DNA of 15,461 bases from NCBI GenBank assembly GCA_039586365.1, contig JBDHKN010000105.1, positions 1-15,461 on the forward strand, given 5' to 3'. The stretch is from Gemmatimonadota bacterium. GTDB lineage: Bacteria; Gemmatimonadota; Gemmatimonadetes; Gemmatimonadales; GWC2-71-9. The notes under the pieces were generated by a model. The model was given only the letters and a program-made list of their open reading frames with translations. It made no database searches and was not told the origin of the DNA. A program made the translations under genes and the position numbers. Below are positions 1 through 7,447 of the stretch, one piece after another. The stretch's first letter is position 1, and each line of letters starts with the position of its first letter.

Positions 1-509
1 AGGTTGAGCCTGAAGAGGAGCCCGAGGAGGAGCCTGAAGAGGAGCCCGAGGAGGAGCCCGAGGTTGAGCCTGAGGAGGAGCCCGAGGAGGAGCCCGAGGA
101 GGAGTCCGAGGAGGAGCCCGAGGAGGAGCCCGAGGAGGAGCCCGAGGAGGAGCCCGAGGAGGAGCCAGAGGAGGAGCCAGAGGAGGCCATCGAGGCCGCT
201 CCCAAGGAAGAATGGGAGGAGGAGCCAGAAGAGGTCTTGGACGAAGAGCCTGAGGAAGCTCCCGAGGAAGAGATTGAAGAGGAGCCTGAGGAAGAACCTG
301 AAGAGGAGGACGAGGATCCCAAGGCCAAGGCGCGGGACAAGCTAGACCAAGAGCTGGACGAGCTGGACAGGCTCCTCGAGGAGATGAGCCAATCGAGCGA
401 GGACGAGGAGCCGAAGAGGAGCACGCGCTGGAACCACGAGCCCCCCGATGGGAGCAGCGACGAGCTCCCCGACCCGGATGAGGAGACGGTCGACCCCGGG
501 GCCCGATGA
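1..509 (+). CDS. 3' end of a hypothetical protein with a low-complexity acidic Glu/Pro-rich region (5' truncated by window)
   Basis: Frame starting at base 3 reads VEPEEEPEEEP... with no stop and is in frame with track ORF 237..509 (stop TGA 507-509). Glu-rich codon usage matches neighbouring genes. Confidence 0.8.
   Translation, partial: VEPEEEPEEEPEEEPEEEPEVEPEEEPEEEPEEESEEEPEEEPEEEPEEEPEEEPEEEPEEAIEAAPKEEWEEEPEEVLDEEPEEAPEEEIEEEPEEEPEEEDEDPKAKARDKLDQELDELDRLLEEMSQSSEDEEPKRSTRWNHEPPDGSSDELPDPDEETVDPGAR
3..185 (+). repeat. Coding tandem repeat, 12-nt unit GAGGAGGAGCCC (EEEP)n
   Basis: About 15 degenerate copies visible directly; positions 1-13 and 61-73 are identical (aggttgagcctga). Confidence 0.9.
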
Positions 510-566
510 GCGGCTCCGGCGATACCCTTTTAATGAGAAAAGGTACATTCATCGGTAGGTGGGATA

Positions 567-1196
567 ATGCTTGAAGCGGTGCTCTCCATCGAGACCCCGA
601 TGGAGTGGAAGCAGGAGATCAAGGCCAAGTACCACGCCAAGATCAACATCATCGATTGCCTGCCCTACGAGGAGTCTGGCAACAAGGACCTGGTGGAGAT
701 CGAGGTCGACCCAGAGTACATTGACATGCTCATGGAGGATGTCAAGAAGAATCCAGACGTAGACCTGACCGACCTGAACATCGTGGACAGCGGGCGCATC
801 AAGGGCGCCGTGGCCACCAACGACTGCGTCGCATGCTGCACCATGGTGGGCTCGGAGGCCTTCCTGATCGAGTCCAGCCTGGACAAGCAGGGCAAGACCA
901 TCTGGAGGCTGCTGACCTCCGACAAGGAGTCCGTGAGGCAGATAATCGCTGACCTAGAGTCCCACCGCTACTTCGTCGAGCTGATGAAGCTGACCTCCAT
1001 CGACAACGAGGAGCTCATGACCTCCCGTCAAGAGGACATCCTCCAGATAGCCTACGAGCGGGGCTACTTCGATTACCCAAAGCGCATCTCGCTGAGGGAG
1101 CTCGCCTCCATGTTCGGCATCTCCATCTCGACGCTATCCGAGATGCTGAGAAAGGGTCAGCGCAAGATAATGGAGTTGTACTTCGCGGAGGAGTAG
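567..1196 (+). CDS. Archaeal transcription regulator with C-terminal bacterio-opsin-activator-type HTH (HTH_10)
   Basis: C-terminal MTSRQEDILQIAYERGYFDYPKRISLRELASMFGISISTLSEMLRKGQRKI matches the HTH_10 pattern (LT.RQ...L..A...GYF..PR......LA..LGIS..T....LR). TATA-like ttttaat at ~527-534. Confidence 0.9.
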   Translation: MLEAVLSIETPMEWKQEIKAKYHAKINIIDCLPYEESGNKDLVEIEVDPEYIDMLMEDVKKNPDVDLTDLNIVDSGRIKGAVATNDCVACCTMVGSEAFLIESSLDKQGKTIWRLLTSDKESVRQIIADLESHRYFVELMKLTSIDNEELMTSRQEDILQIAYERGYFDYPKRISLRELASMFGISISTLSEMLRKGQRKIMELYFAEE

Positions 1197-1209
1197 CGGG
1201 GAGGAGTCC

Positions 1210-2010
1210 TCACCTGCGTCGCTTCTTCTTGCCCGTGACCGCGAGGGCCGCGAGGATCGCCAGGACCGCGACAGCGCTCACTGCGGGGATGACGCCGTCG
1301 TCATCGTCGTCGTCGTCACCGACCTCCTTGGGCGTGAACGTGTAATTCTGGGTCCAGGCCTTTAATCCGGAGTCGTACGTCACAGTGATGTTGTACTTAA
1401 TTTCCTCGGTCTCGTCGAAGGGACCGATCTTCGTGTGGTAGGTCCCATTCTGCAGCTGGGTCATCTCGACGGGGGCGTAGCAAACGTCCCCCTTGCAGTG
1501 GAAGACGTGGACGGCCGCAACGCCGGTCTCGTTGGTAAGGTCGGCGAAGATCTCGACCTCCTTGTCCGTCTCCACCTCGACGGGGACATTGGTGACATTG
1601 TCAACCTTCAGGTCCGTCGAGAAGGGCTCGACCGGTGTGAAGTAGATGTACTCGGTGGAGACTATTGTGGTGTTGACGTACTTCACCGAGATGTAGTAGT
1701 AGTGCTCGCCCATCTCCTCTATGGGGATTTCACCGGTCGCACTGTAGTAGTCCTCTCCGTCCTTGGCCATCTCGATCGGTGCGTAGCAGATCATGGGAGA
1801 GCAGTAGAAGAACAGGACATTGGAGACGTTGGTCTCGTCCAGGAGGGTGACGTGGACCTCGATGGTCTCGCCGAAGACGGCGGGGTCCGGGATGAGCTCG
1901 GTGGATTCGACCTCGAGGTACTCCTCGGCGGCGCCCGGCATAGCTAGGATCGCTATGGCAAGTAGCATTGTGCCGAGGAAAATTATGGTGGCGCTTCGGT
2001 CGACTGGCAT
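1210..2010 (-). CDS. Secreted/cell-surface protein: signal peptide, two tandem Ig-like repeats, acidic linker, C-terminal membrane anchor
   Basis: Hydrophobic N-terminus ending PGAA; internal repeat (CSPMICYAPIEM / CKGDVCYAPVEM); D7 linker; IPAVSAVAVLAILAALAV-TGKKKRRR tail; several N-X-S/T sequons. Confidence 0.8.
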   Translation of the reverse strand: MPVDRSATIIFLGTMLLAIAILAMPGAAEEYLEVESTELIPDPAVFGETIEVHVTLLDETNVSNVLFFYCSPMICYAPIEMAKDGEDYYSATGEIPIEEMGEHYYYISVKYVNTTIVSTEYIYFTPVEPFSTDLKVDNVTNVPVEVETDKEVEIFADLTNETGVAAVHVFHCKGDVCYAPVEMTQLQNGTYHTKIGPFDETEEIKYNITVTYDSGLKAWTQNYTFTPKEVGDDDDDDDGVIPAVSAVAVLAILAALAVTGKKKRRR

Positions 2011-2148
2011 GTGTTCATCCGCCTGAGGGGGCCGCTAATGGAGGGGCCATATTTAAACATTGCCATGTACGGATATTATCACAAGGCGCTGGCATTATAA
2101 AGGGTGTGGGGATGCCAGGACCACCCTTCTATTTAAGTCGTTCCCCGT

Positions 2149-3087
2149 TCACTCCGCCTCGTCCGGCCCAACCTCGTCGGTAAGGGGCTCCAGTATCCCG
2201 CGGGCGACGGGGGCTGGGCACTCCTCGCCTCCCACACGCCTGGAGTGGAAGAGATACTGGCCAGCGTAGCCGGCGTACTGGCCGAAGTGTTCCCTCGCCC
2301 ACCGTCCGATCCGCTCCTGGGTCATGGTCCCGCCCCCGAGGTACCAGTCCTGGATCGCCCTGATCACCCACCGGTCGACGGGGAATGCCCGAAGCTGGTC
2401 GAGGGAGAACAGGAGGGTGCAGTCGGCCACCTTGGGTCCCACGCCCGGGAGCCCCATCAGCTCCTTCCTGGCCTCTTCGTAGTCCATGAACTTCAGCGGC
2501 TCGAGGAAGAACGAACCGTCCGCCACGGCGTTGGCTATCGAGTGGATGTGGGGCGCTCTGTATCCAAGGCCGAGGAGCCGCAGGGAGGATTCGTCCACCT
2601 GGGCAAGCTCGGAGGGACCAGGGAAGGAGTTGCTGATGCCGTCCCCCAGGTGGTGCCCGAAGTTGGTGGCGAGGGTCTCCACGGACTTCGAGATCCTTGG
2701 GACGTTGCTGACCTGGGAGATGACGAATGAGATCAGGGTCTCCCAGGGATCCTGCCGGAGGATGCGCAGCCCAGGATACTGGTTGAAGGCGGAGTCGACC
2801 TTGGGATCGCCGATGGTCTCGCGGATGGCCTCCAGGTCATCGTCGAGCCGGAAGTACGTCGTGACCTCCGAGATGGACAGCTCCTTCGGCCCCGATTCCC
2901 ACCTAAGCTGATCGGGCCGCTTCTGCCATATGTCGACGACCGTGCCCCCGACGACCCCCCTGAATCCACCGTCCGGCCTTTGTCCCCATCGGAAGGCCTG
3001 ACCGCAGAGCAGCGAGAGCCCCAGGTCGAAGGGCACCCTCAGCTCCATATCCTTCCTGTGGATCGGCCACGGAAGTCCGTCCTTCAT
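2149..3087 (-). CDS. ogg1: 8-oxoguanine DNA glycosylase/AP lyase, OGG1-like (HhH-GPD superfamily)
   Basis: N-terminal LLCGQAFRW, LRILRQDPWETLISFVISQ, LGYRA, HhH motif LPGVGPKVADC with catalytic Lys, FPVD with catalytic Asp. Start overlaps the sfsA stop (ATGA) and has an upstream GGAGGTG. Confidence 0.88.
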   Translation of the reverse strand: MKDGLPWPIHRKDMELRVPFDLGLSLLCGQAFRWGQRPDGGFRGVVGGTVVDIWQKRPDQLRWESGPKELSISEVTTYFRLDDDLEAIRETIGDPKVDSAFNQYPGLRILRQDPWETLISFVISQVSNVPRISKSVETLATNFGHHLGDGISNSFPGPSELAQVDESSLRLLGLGYRAPHIHSIANAVADGSFFLEPLKFMDYEEARKELMGLPGVGPKVADCTLLFSLDQLRAFPVDRWVIRAIQDWYLGGGTMTQERIGRWAREHFGQYAGYAGQYLFHSRRVGGEECPAPVARGILEPLTDEVGPDEAE

Positions 3088-3815
3088 CGGCCCACCACCT
3101 CCGGGAGGAGTGCCTCCAGGTCCACTGGCACGGGACCTGCGAGGTCCACGCCCCGACGGGTGACCTCCGTCCTCCTGACGACGACCTCAACTCCCGCCTT
3201 TGCTGCGGCCCTCAGGGCGTCGCCGAAGGCGGGGTCCGTGCGATCGTTGGGTGCGAACAACCTGCCGTCCGACCTTTGGACGACGATGACCACCGCCGCC
3301 CCTATGCCCTCCGAGACCGCCCTCGACAGCTCGCTCACGTGGCGCGCGCCCCTGACCGTCGGTGCGTCGGGGAAGAGGGCCCGTCCCTGGCCGTCGACGA
3401 GGGTGCAGCTCTTGACCTCGACCAGGGCCTCCCTCGTGCCATTGGAGAGGTTGAAGTCGAAGCGCGAGTTGCCCCAAGTGACCTCGGGTCGCACACTGTC
3501 GTACCCCCGAAGCTGGCTGATCTCCCCCGCGCGCAGGGCGTCGCCGACGACGATGTTGGGCACCCTGGCGTCGATCGCAACCAAGGTATGGGGCAGCTCG
3601 ACCGCCACCAGGTCCCACCGGGTCGCCCTCCCCGGATGGCCTCGCTCGACAAGGAGCACCGGATGCTCGGGCCTCAGGAGCTCCTCCATCCTGGCGGTGT
3701 TGGGGATGAAGGCCCTCTCGGTGGACCCGTCCACCTTGACCTCGGCCGCGAACCGGTTCTCGCGGCGGACGAAAAGGGCCTCGACCAGCGGGCGCTCGAA
3801 CCTCACGGACCGCAC
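3084..3815 (-). CDS. sfsA: DNA/RNA nuclease SfsA (sugar fermentation stimulation protein A family)
   Basis: Family motifs RENRF, PNTARMEELL, SRFDF, VEVKSCTL, FPDAPTVRGARH; GTG start. Confidence 0.93.
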   Translation of the reverse strand: MRSVRFERPLVEALFVRRENRFAAEVKVDGSTERAFIPNTARMEELLRPEHPVLLVERGHPGRATRWDLVAVELPHTLVAIDARVPNIVVGDALRAGEISQLRGYDSVRPEVTWGNSRFDFNLSNGTREALVEVKSCTLVDGQGRALFPDAPTVRGARHVSELSRAVSEGIGAAVVIVVQRSDGRLFAPNDRTDPAFGDALRAAAKAGVEVVVRRTEVTRRGVDLAGPVPVDLEALLPEVVGR

Positions 3816-3907
3816 ATCACGGGTGGCTTAGAAATATTTTGGGGGCTGCTTTCCAACCCGATAAAATTAGCGCAGCCTTTTTGCCGCACGTCGCGCTACC
3901 CCGACCG

Positions 3908-4339
3908 ATGGACTCCGGTCGCTACGCCCTCCTGCTCCACGTGCCTGATGAGCTCGTCCTCGACGTGGGTGGCCTAGGGCGACTTGAGTTCCCAGCCGGG
4001 CTCTATGGGTACGCTGGCTCGGCAGCGAGGGGGCTCCGGCCGCGCCTGCTCCGGCACGCGAGACGCGAGAAGGCCGTCCACTGGCACATAGACCGCCTGA
4101 CCGCACGGGACGAGGTCCGGGTGCTGGGTGCCGTCGTGCTGCCGCTCGCGGGACCGTCGGAGTGTGAGGCCGCAAACGGGCTCGTCCGCACCGCCCGTGG
4201 GGAACGGCTCCATCCTGGCTTCGGCTCCTCGGACTGCGGGTGCCCGGGCCACCTCGTGTTCCTGGGACGGATCGAGGACGTCCCGGACGCGATAGCACCG
4301 CTGGAGGTCCTTGGTGGTCACTGGTCCGAGATAGGATGA
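3908..4339 (+). CDS. GIY-YIG/Uri-superfamily nuclease (DUF123 family)
   Basis: G-R-Y-A-L-L-L, GLYGYAGSA, RLLRH, HWHIDRL, ECE, GFGSSDCGCPGHL. ATG 3908 preferred over the track's TTG 3839 because the family pattern starts there. Confidence 0.85.
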   Translation: MDSGRYALLLHVPDELVLDVGGLGRLEFPAGLYGYAGSAARGLRPRLLRHARREKAVHWHIDRLTARDEVRVLGAVVLPLAGPSECEAANGLVRTARGERLHPGFGSSDCGCPGHLVFLGRIEDVPDAIAPLEVLGGHWSEIG

Positions 4340-4344
4340 ATCCG

Positions 4345-4530
4345 GCGACCGGGGGGCCCCTAGAAGGAGACGGAGGTTAGGGATGAGTCTGACCATTCCG
4401 GGCTGAAGAACACGAATTGGACCCTACCATAGGAGTCGGTGCAATTTCTTCGGTAGGCAGGCTCATGAGGCGATATGCCCCCCGGTCACACGACCCACTG
4501 CAACCATCCCCCACGAGATGCCGAGTGGGC
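4345..4530. ncRNA. Candidate structured non-coding RNA or 3' UTR element (unknown family)
   Basis: Perfect 11-bp inverted repeat 4347-4357/4477-4487 encloses nested stems 4383-4391/4458-4466, 4403-4410/4446-4453 and 4415-4419/4442-4446. A second hairpin lies at 4493-4530. No credible ORF. Confidence 0.35.
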
Positions 4531-4708
4531 AACCATTCTCTTTGGCCGCTCCGTCTATTAATAGTTTGCGTGAGCAGGGAGCCAGGCTGGGGCCAGACCT
4601 CTGTGTGGCGGCCTGATACCCAAACCCCAAAGTTATTAAACCGCACGTCCTATTCGACGGCGCTGGAAACCCGGGAGGGAACATCCAAGTAAGACTGGGG
4701 GTATAGAA

Positions 4709-5149
4709 ATGGAACACTTCGACGTCGCAGCCATGAGCGAGTTCCGGAAGGAGGCCATGTGGCGGAAGGTCCTGATCGACAGGAACGGTATGTACGTCTC
4801 TCTCCTCACCTTCGAGCCCGGTCAGGAGCTGAGGGTCCACAGCCATCCTGGCTGCGAGGTCTGGATCTACGTGGTCGTTGGCGACGCGTACGTGCACTGC
4901 GGGGACGAGGAGAAGGTGCTCAGGGGAGGCCAGGCGATGCACATCCCGCCGAACACCTGGCACGGCTTTTTGAACGAGAGCGACAGCCCAACGGTCGTGA
5001 TGTCGGTCCAGGCCCCGAAGGCGAAGATCTCCAACTGGCGGGATTACGAGATCGGCGAGTGCCCGGAATGCGGGTACGCCATAGGACACCCCCCCAAGTG
5101 GGACCGCTGCCCCATGTGCGACGCGGACCTCGAACCCCTTAAGCTCTGA
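4709..5149 (+). CDS. Cupin_2 domain protein with C-terminal rubredoxin-like/zinc-ribbon domain
   Basis: Cupin motifs FEPGQELRVHSHPGCEVWIYVVVG and GQAMHIPPNTWHGF; C-terminal CPECGY...CPMC. BRE/TATA-like aaagttattaaa at 4629-4640. Confidence 0.85.
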   Translation: MEHFDVAAMSEFRKEAMWRKVLIDRNGMYVSLLTFEPGQELRVHSHPGCEVWIYVVVGDAYVHCGDEEKVLRGGQAMHIPPNTWHGFLNESDSPTVVMSVQAPKAKISNWRDYEIGECPECGYAIGHPPKWDRCPMCDADLEPLKL

Positions 5150-5274
5150 TACCCTGCCCATTTAGGGAAAAGCTAAAGAAGGGTCAATCATTTGTTTCGC
5201 CTCACCTCGGGGGTTCGGATTCGGTCTGCCGGACACATTCGAGGTCATGAAGCGCTCAAGGGAGGATTGCCCCG

Positions 5275-5553
5275 ATGCCCGAAACAGTAAAGAGAGTCAT
5301 GCTCTACGCCATAAGCACCTGTGGCCACTGCCGCAATACCAAGAAGTGGCTAAAGGAGAACAACATCGAGTACGACTGGCACGATGTGGACCTGCTCCAC
5401 GGCGACGAGAAGCGCAAGTGCCTGGACGACGTTCGGCAGTACAACCCGAGGCTTACCTTCCCGACGATGATCATCGATGGGGAGACAGTCATCATCGGCT
5501 ATCACCCGGAAGAGTTCGAGGAGGTGTTCTCTAATGGCGAAGAAGACGGCTGA
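5275..5553 (+). CDS. Glutaredoxin (NrdH-like)
   Basis: LYAISTCGHC active site, TFP cis-Pro motif, IIGY; SD GGAGG upstream. Confidence 0.9.
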   Translation: MPETVKRVMLYAISTCGHCRNTKKWLKENNIEYDWHDVDLLHGDEKRKCLDDVRQYNPRLTFPTMIIDGETVIIGYHPEEFEEVFSNGEEDG

Positions 5554-5884
5554 GGAGCTCTACCCGATACTGCTGAGGTTCGCGAACAAGAAGGGGATCA
5601 CGCTGAATCCTGACGTGGAGTTCGCCCAGGACCTCATCAAGGGCTTCCTTCACAACGAGGAGCGCTACGGCTACAGGTCCTGCCCGTGCAGACTGGCGGT
5701 CGGGAACAAGGACTGGGACAAGGACATCATCTGCCCCTGCGACTACATGATGCCGGACGTGGATGAGTTCGGTGTATGCTTCTGCTCCCTCTACGTCTCC
5801 AACGAGTTCGCTGAGAGCGGGAAGATACATGAGTCCATCCCGGAGCGGCGCCCCGAGGAGAAGCTTTACTACCCAGGCGAGTAG
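5534..5884 (+). CDS. Ferredoxin:thioredoxin reductase catalytic (beta) subunit-like protein
   Basis: RYGYRSCPCR, DIICPC and CFCSLY are the three CxC motifs of FTR-c. GGAGGTG at 5520-5526 supports ATG 5534, which overlaps the glutaredoxin end. Confidence 0.9.
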   Translation: MAKKTAEELYPILLRFANKKGITLNPDVEFAQDLIKGFLHNEERYGYRSCPCRLAVGNKDWDKDIICPCDYMMPDVDEFGVCFCSLYVSNEFAESGKIHESIPERRPEEKLYYPGE

Positions 5885-5930
5885 AATCGGGCCATTCACA
5901 CTCCGATGAAACACCTTGAATTCCTGATTC

Positions 5931-5971
5931 TATTTTTAGTCATAATGAGTCATTAGATATTTTTAGCATAA
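5931..5971. promoter_or_regulatory. Putative operator/promoter upstream of the SDR gene
   Basis: Palindrome TAATGA-G-TCATTA (5943-5955) lies between near-direct repeats TATTTTTAG(T)CATAA (5931-5945, 5958-5971) in an AT-rich intergenic tract. Confidence 0.4.
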
Positions 5972-6035
5972 ACTAGTGACTTGTTCAACGTATCCTCGCT
6001 CGGCCGCAAGTTCTTTCTCGGGTGGGATTGTTTCC

Positions 6036-6803
6036 ATGGCAGGTGAGCTCGTGAGATGGGGACTCGATGGCCGGATCGCCCTCGTTACGGGGGGTTCGAG
6101 GGGCATCGGGAAGGCCATTGCACGCCGCCTCGCGGAGGAAGGGTGCGACGTGGCCGTCAACTTCCATCGGAGCCACGTTGAGGCTGACGAGGTCGCAGCG
6201 TGGGTGAGGGAAAGGGGCCGGAGGGGCGTCGCGGTCCAGGCCGACGTGGCCGACCCTGGGGCGGTCGAGACGATGCGAGAGGGCGTCCTCCGGGAGCTCG
6301 GGAGGGTGGACATCCTCGTGAACAACGCGGGGATCCACCAGCACCTGAGGAGCTGGGAGCTTACGGCGGAGGACTGGGACCGGGTCATCGACGTCAACCT
6401 CACCGGTGCCTACCTGGTGTCGAGGGCCTTCGCGCCCGACATGGTCGAGGCCGGCTGGGGGAGGATCATCAACATCAGCTCGATCATCGCCGACCTGGGG
6501 ACCGACCACGAGGCGCACTACGCCGCATCGAAGGCCGGGATGCACGGGCTCACCAAGTCCCTCGCCCTCGAGCTCTCCCCCAATGGCGTCATGGTCAACG
6601 CCGTCGCGCCCGGCTACATCGCAACGGACATGACCGCGGGCGCTACCGAGGAGGAGCTGGAGGAGGCGATGAGGAACATCCCCCTGGGTCGGTTGGGCGA
6701 CCCGTCGGAGATCGCCTCCGTGGTGGCCTACCTGGCCTCCGACGACGCGTCCTACGTCACGGGTCAGGTCCTCCACGTCAATGGGGGGCAGGGCCTGTAC
6801 TAG
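6036..6803 (+). CDS. Short-chain dehydrogenase/reductase, 3-oxoacyl-ACP reductase (FabG)-like
   Basis: TGGSRGIG, NNAG, catalytic Ser and YAASK, PGYIATDM, TGQVLHVNGG; ATG 6036 chosen as start. Substrate cannot be determined from sequence. Confidence 0.9.
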   Translation: MAGELVRWGLDGRIALVTGGSRGIGKAIARRLAEEGCDVAVNFHRSHVEADEVAAWVRERGRRGVAVQADVADPGAVETMREGVLRELGRVDILVNNAGIHQHLRSWELTAEDWDRVIDVNLTGAYLVSRAFAPDMVEAGWGRIINISSIIADLGTDHEAHYAASKAGMHGLTKSLALELSPNGVMVNAVAPGYIATDMTAGATEEELEEAMRNIPLGRLGDPSEIASVVAYLASDDASYVTGQVLHVNGGQGLY

Positions 6804-6910
6804 CCGCAGGAGCTGTGGCCGCAGACCCTGCAAAGGGCGCAGCCCTCACCGTGGGCGAGGGGTGCACCGCAGTCGGGGCAGGTATCCAAAAGGGCGGGCG
6901 CAGCTTCCAT
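6800..6910 (-). CDS. 36-aa Cys-rich zinc-ribbon microprotein (not in the ORF track)
   Basis: Hand translation: MEAAPALLDTCPDCGAPLAHGEGCALCRVCGHSSCG*. Six Cys, all TGC codons; its stop overlaps the convergent SDR stop (CTAG 6800-6803). Confidence 0.75.
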   Translation of the reverse strand: MEAAPALLDTCPDCGAPLAHGEGCALCRVCGHSSCG

Positions 6911-7040
6911 GTAAAGACCCGTTTATTCCCTAGGGCACCGCACCTTTAATCCCTTCACTGGGGGGGTGAGTGAAAGTCCCTCGGGAACCCCTTCCTTATA
7001 AGGGAGCGATATATTTATATCGAGGATGTCCGCGACTGAG

Positions 7041-7080
7041 AGAAAGATTTATATCCTCAAACTTACAGATATTATTGGTT
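7041..7080 (+). promoter_or_regulatory. Archaeal BRE/TATA promoter, module A
   Basis: Purine-rich agaaaga followed by TTTATA (7048-7053); the downstream sequence aligns with the module B promoter. Confidence 0.65.
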
Positions 7081-7241
7081 GAGGCGCATTCCGCAATGGT
7101 AGCGTGCCCGTCCCGCTTGCCCCCGGTCTCGTACCGGGCGAAGGGTGTCGATTCTTCCGAGTCGATTTCGAGCGAAGCAGAGCGTAGCTGCGTCCCTTCA
7201 CGCATTACAATATGCGATCGGGCAACGTGTGTTGCGCCTTC
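7081..7241 (+). ncRNA. Candidate structured RNA motif, copy A (5' leader or small RNA; unknown family)
   Basis: 47/58 nt identical to 7800-7857 without gaps. Closing stem 7081-7088/7233-7240; hairpin 7122-7138; stems 7140-7145/7194-7199 and 7105-7110/7219-7224. Confidence 0.65.
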
Positions 7242-7447
7242 GGTGTTCCGAAAGTGCAAGAGATGTCTGTGGGATTCTGTTCGGTTGAGTTAGGTTCCGT
7301 CGTAAAGCTACCGGTCATTGGCGATGATGGGTTCCCTGGTGGACCCCCACAGGTTCTTCAAGTTCCACAGTTGGAGCATCCTGGAACAGCTCAAGCCAGG
7401 ATGCTAGATATGGGTTCAGGATCAAGAAATTGAAAAGGAGGTGTCAG

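Noticed and set aside
3..185. CRISPR array
   Set aside because: Contiguous 12-nt units with no unique spacers, and no cas genes in the window.
4..345. Protamine-like (RRSP)n ORF
   Set aside because: It is the shifted frame of the GAGGAGGAGCCC repeat; the Glu/Pro frame is open from the window edge to 509 and fits host codon usage.
4360..4536. Minus-strand ORF with in-frame TGA (MVAHSASRGGWLQWVV*PGG...) as a selenoprotein
   Set aside because: No recognisable redox motif, atypical codon usage and no convincing SECIS.
7022..7110. TPP riboswitch (GAGGAT/ATCCTC stem with TGAGA; AAT...AGCGT)
   Set aside because: Lacks the CCTGAT element, the putative stem overlaps the TATA box, and copy B has no TGAGA arm.
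7081..7241. tRNA or tmRNA (CGC-AATGGTA-GCG looks like a D-arm after an acceptor-like stem)
   Set aside because: No T-arm (GTTCRA) before the 3' strand, no anticodon arm, and the D-stem is not kept in copy B.
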